Below the pieces are notes generated by a model. The model saw only the letters and a program-made list of their open reading frames with translations, was not told the origin of the DNA and ran no database searches. From the IMG/VR virus record IMGVR_UViG_3300042860_003997: DNA of 20,000 nucleotides. The stretch is one strand, 5' to 3'. This document shows, piece by piece, positions 18,324-20,000 of this stretch. Numbering within the stretch: position 1 is the stretch's first letter; each line of letters begins with the position of its first letter. Origin of the DNA: an uncultured virus (IMG/VR IMGVR_UViG_3300042860_003997) (taxonomy: Duplodnaviria > Heunggongvirae > Uroviricota > Caudoviricetes). The translations under genes and the position numbers were made by a program.

Positions 18324-18365
18324 ATATTATGTTTTGTACACTTTTTGTCAAAAAGGAAAATGTTT

Positions 18366-18575
18366 ATGGCAAACTATAAGAGATGGAGCGACGCAGAATT
18401 GCAGTATATTAAGGATAATTTATCGTCGTTTAGCGATATTGAGTTGGCTCAAAAATTAAGCCAAATGACAGGTGAAACTGTTAGTTGCAGCATGATACGA
18501 CGTCAAAGACGAAAACTAGGCATTAGCAAACCTAGAGGTCGTAGAAAAAAGAATATGGAAAATACTAATATCTGA
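18366..18575 (+). CDS. Small HTH DNA-binding protein (69 aa)
   Basis: AAGGA RBS then ATG 18366; WSDAELQYIKDN...SDIELAQKL...MIRRQRRKLGI with basic KPRGRRKK tail. Confidence 0.7.
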   Translation: MANYKRWSDAELQYIKDNLSSFSDIELAQKLSQMTGETVSCSMIRRQRRKLGISKPRGRRKKNMENTNI

Positions 18576-18810
18576 AGTTTCTAGAAGATAGTTTCTGCGT
18601 TCTAAAAGGGGCAAGTGTCGTTTGATGCTTGCTCTTTTTTTATATATGGGGAAAGTGGCTATTAAACTGGCCAATTATATATGAGGGTGCCTATTGTTTT
18701 TGGACCACCGCCGCCTTTTGGGGCCAGACCCCTCGGAAGGGGGGAAAACAGAAAAACCCCCCCTATGGTGGGGAACGTGCCACTATCCCCCAAACGTGGG
18801 GGAAAAGCAT

Positions 18811-18827
18811 AGCAAATATCGTGCCAA
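18811..18827 (-). promoter_or_regulatory. Sigma54 (RpoN) -24/-12 element
   Basis: Minus strand TTGGCACGATATTTGCT matches the TGGCAC-N5-TTGCW consensus. Confidence 0.7.
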
Positions 18828-18871
18828 AAAAATCGAGCGGTGAAACTTTCCCCAACGGAAGTTTTCCTATT

Positions 18872-18907
18872 TTTTTTTCTTGCATTAGCCGATACCATAT
18901 GTAGAAT
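18872..18907 (+). promoter_or_regulatory. Early sigma70-like promoter P1
   Basis: T-tract-c-TTGCAT-tagccgataccatatg-TAGAAT (16-nt spacer). Confidence 0.65.
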
Positions 18908-18927
18908 GATGGAAACGGAGAAAAGAT

Positions 18928-19035
18928 ATGAGAACGAAAATTGTGGAAAGCATTGTGGCGATTCTGGTACATTGTGAAATTGTGCGGAATGATGCTCAAA
19001 TGAAAATCATCATGGAAACGATGGAAAACGCCTAA
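18928..19035 (+). CDS. Small protein, 35 aa (MRTKIVESIVAILVHCEIVRNDAQMKIIMETMENA)
   Basis: GGAG RBS; fills the gap between P1 and P2 exactly. Confidence 0.55.
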   Translation: MRTKIVESIVAILVHCEIVRNDAQMKIIMETMENA

Positions 19036-19072
19036 TTTTTTTTCTGGACAATGCCGATATATAATGTATAAT
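19036..19072 (+). promoter_or_regulatory. Early sigma70-like promoter P2
   Basis: T-tract-c-TGGACA-atgccgatatataatg-TATAAT (16-nt spacer). Confidence 0.7.
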
Positions 19073-19114
19073 CGTGGCATGATGATGATCGAAACCCAAA
19101 CGGAGAGAATGAAA

Positions 19115-19345
19115 ATGACCACTACGCTTCAGCCCGTTTCCGGAATGTATATCAAGGCCGTTCGGAATGATGGTAGGATTTTTGAGGGACAGGTCGAAAA
19201 TGTCCGTCAAACGTCCAAGGGTACACTTGTGGTGGTCAAGAGTCACGCGAACTACATGGGATCGTACCATGGTGAAATGGATTATAGTTCGCTCTACCTT
19301 GAAAATTGCTCCAAGGTTACGCTGGACGATTTCCCCCTCGCATGA
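19115..19345 (+). CDS. Small beta-rich hypothetical protein (paralog A)
   Basis: GGAGA RBS at 19102-19106 (start at 19115, or 19109); similar to 19588..19803. Confidence 0.7.
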   Translation: MTTTLQPVSGMYIKAVRNDGRIFEGQVENVRQTSKGTLVVVKSHANYMGSYHGEMDYSSLYLENCSKVTLDDFPLA

Positions 19346-19373
19346 GGGGGTCTCCCCAATAAGGGGGATTTTT
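19333..19373 (+). terminator. Tandem hairpins with U-tract, probable terminator
   Basis: ccccctc-gcat-gaggggg then tcccc-aataag-gggga-ttttt. Confidence 0.55.
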
Positions 19374-19377
19374 GAAC

Positions 19378-19486
19378 CTGACAAATTGGCAGAGGAGAAA
19401 ACTGCCAAAATGGCAGGCCGCGGGGCCGAACTGCCAAAATGGCAGCCTCAGCAAATCTTGTGCCAAACTCTCTGCCAAATTGGCAA
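19378..19486. repeat. Four copies of a 15-bp palindrome CTGCCA-AAW-TGGCAG
   Basis: ctgacaaattggcag 19378, ctgccaaaatggcag 19402, ctgccaaaatggcag 19431, ctgccaaattggcaa 19472. Confidence 0.9.
19450..19466 (-). promoter_or_regulatory. Sigma54 -24/-12 element
   Basis: Minus strand TTGGCACAAGATTTGCT. Confidence 0.7.
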
Positions 19487-19487
19487 A

Positions 19488-19504
19488 TGCAAATGTTATG
19501 CCAA
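19488..19504 (-). promoter_or_regulatory. Sigma54 -24/-12 element
   Basis: Minus strand TTGGCATAACATTTGCA. Confidence 0.6.
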
Positions 19505-19526
19505 ATAAAATATTTTTTTCTTCTCA

Positions 19527-19564
19527 TTTTTTTTTCTTGCGTGGACGATAATCTAATGTATAAT
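19527..19564 (+). promoter_or_regulatory. Early sigma70-like promoter P3
   Basis: T-tract-c-TTGCGT-ggacgataatctaatg-TATAAT (16-nt spacer). Confidence 0.7.
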
Positions 19565-19587
19565 CAGGGAAACGAAAGGGACAGAAA

Positions 19588-19803
19588 ATGGAAATGCGAA
19601 ATGGTGCGGTGTTCGTCGGTCGCTCGATTCGTGCTATGCGAAATGACGGTAGGGTTTTTGTTGGCAAGATTGTAAAGGTTGCGGCCTATCTTGCTACCGA
19701 TAAGGTAAAGAGGCCGGGCGATACGATGGTAGTTGTCCAGACCGGTAACGATCACCGCTCGATTTATCTTGGCGATCTGTCCGATTGGTATGTTTCGGAA
19801 TAG
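19588..19803 (+). CDS. Small beta-rich hypothetical protein (paralog B)
   Basis: AAGGGA RBS, directly after P3, similar to 19115..19345. Confidence 0.75.
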   Translation: MEMRNGAVFVGRSIRAMRNDGRVFVGKIVKVAAYLATDKVKRPGDTMVVVQTGNDHRSIYLGDLSDWYVSE

Positions 19804-19825
19804 TAACACAGAAAGGTAATATAAC

Positions 19826-19993
19826 ATGAGCGAGTTTGAGCGTATTATCAACGATAGTATGATGGATGAGCCAGATTATATTCCGGGCTATGACGATGGG
19901 GAATGGGATCCTATCATGGGGGATATCGACGATTATCCCGAAACTGACGACGAATGGCTCGACGATTTCCAAGGTGAGGAGGATTGGGCATGA
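19826..19993 (+). CDS. Highly acidic 55-aa protein
   Basis: GAAAGGT RBS; MSEFERIINDSMMDEPDYIPGYDDGEWDPIMGDIDDYPETDDEWLDDFQGEEDWA; shorter than the ORFs in the supplied track. Confidence 0.7.
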   Translation: MSEFERIINDSMMDEPDYIPGYDDGEWDPIMGDIDDYPETDDEWLDDFQGEEDWA

Positions 19994-20000
19994 TATACTG

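Noticed and set aside
19378..19504. Possible mini-CRISPR array
   Set aside because: Repeats are only 15 bp with irregular 9-26 bp gaps, and no cas genes are in the window; they fit binding sites better.
18629..19972. ORFs 18629..18904, 18662..18898, 18763..19122, 19010..19408, 19167..19508, 19294..19527, 19439..19675, 19564..19851, 19694..19972
   Set aside because: They cross promoters, hairpins or repeats, or are antisense to genes with clear RBS and paralogy. 18662..18898 spans the sigma54 site itself, so it cannot be that promoter's product.

Overview
A segment of a tailed dsDNA phage genome (Caudoviricetes, siphovirus-like: tail tube and tape measure, no sheath in view). Positions 1-18290 are an AT-rich, minus-strand late operon in canonical order: sigma70-like transcription factor, putative TerS, HNH nuclease, ERCC4 nuclease, TerL, portal, protease/scaffold, decoration protein, major capsid, head-tail proteins, tail tube, chaperones and a tape measure protein that runs off the left edge and is missing from the ORF track. 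From about 18690 the sequence is more GC-rich and holds small plus-strand, early-type genes behind repeated sigma70-like promoters. The main observations are: (1) three near-perfect sigma54 (-24/-12) sites and four CTGCCA-N3-TGGCAG palindromes set back-to-back with those promoters; (2) a phage sigma factor with a Cys-rich insert and truncated region 4, plus a candidate GTGTA(T/C) late promoter in front of six late start codons; (3) a nested scaffold gene inside the protease gene; (4) a possible PD-(D/E)xK nuclease cargo in the tape measure protein; (5) paralogous small beta-barrel genes and a very acidic DNA-mimic-like peptide. All functional calls come from motif reading and gene order; no searches were run.
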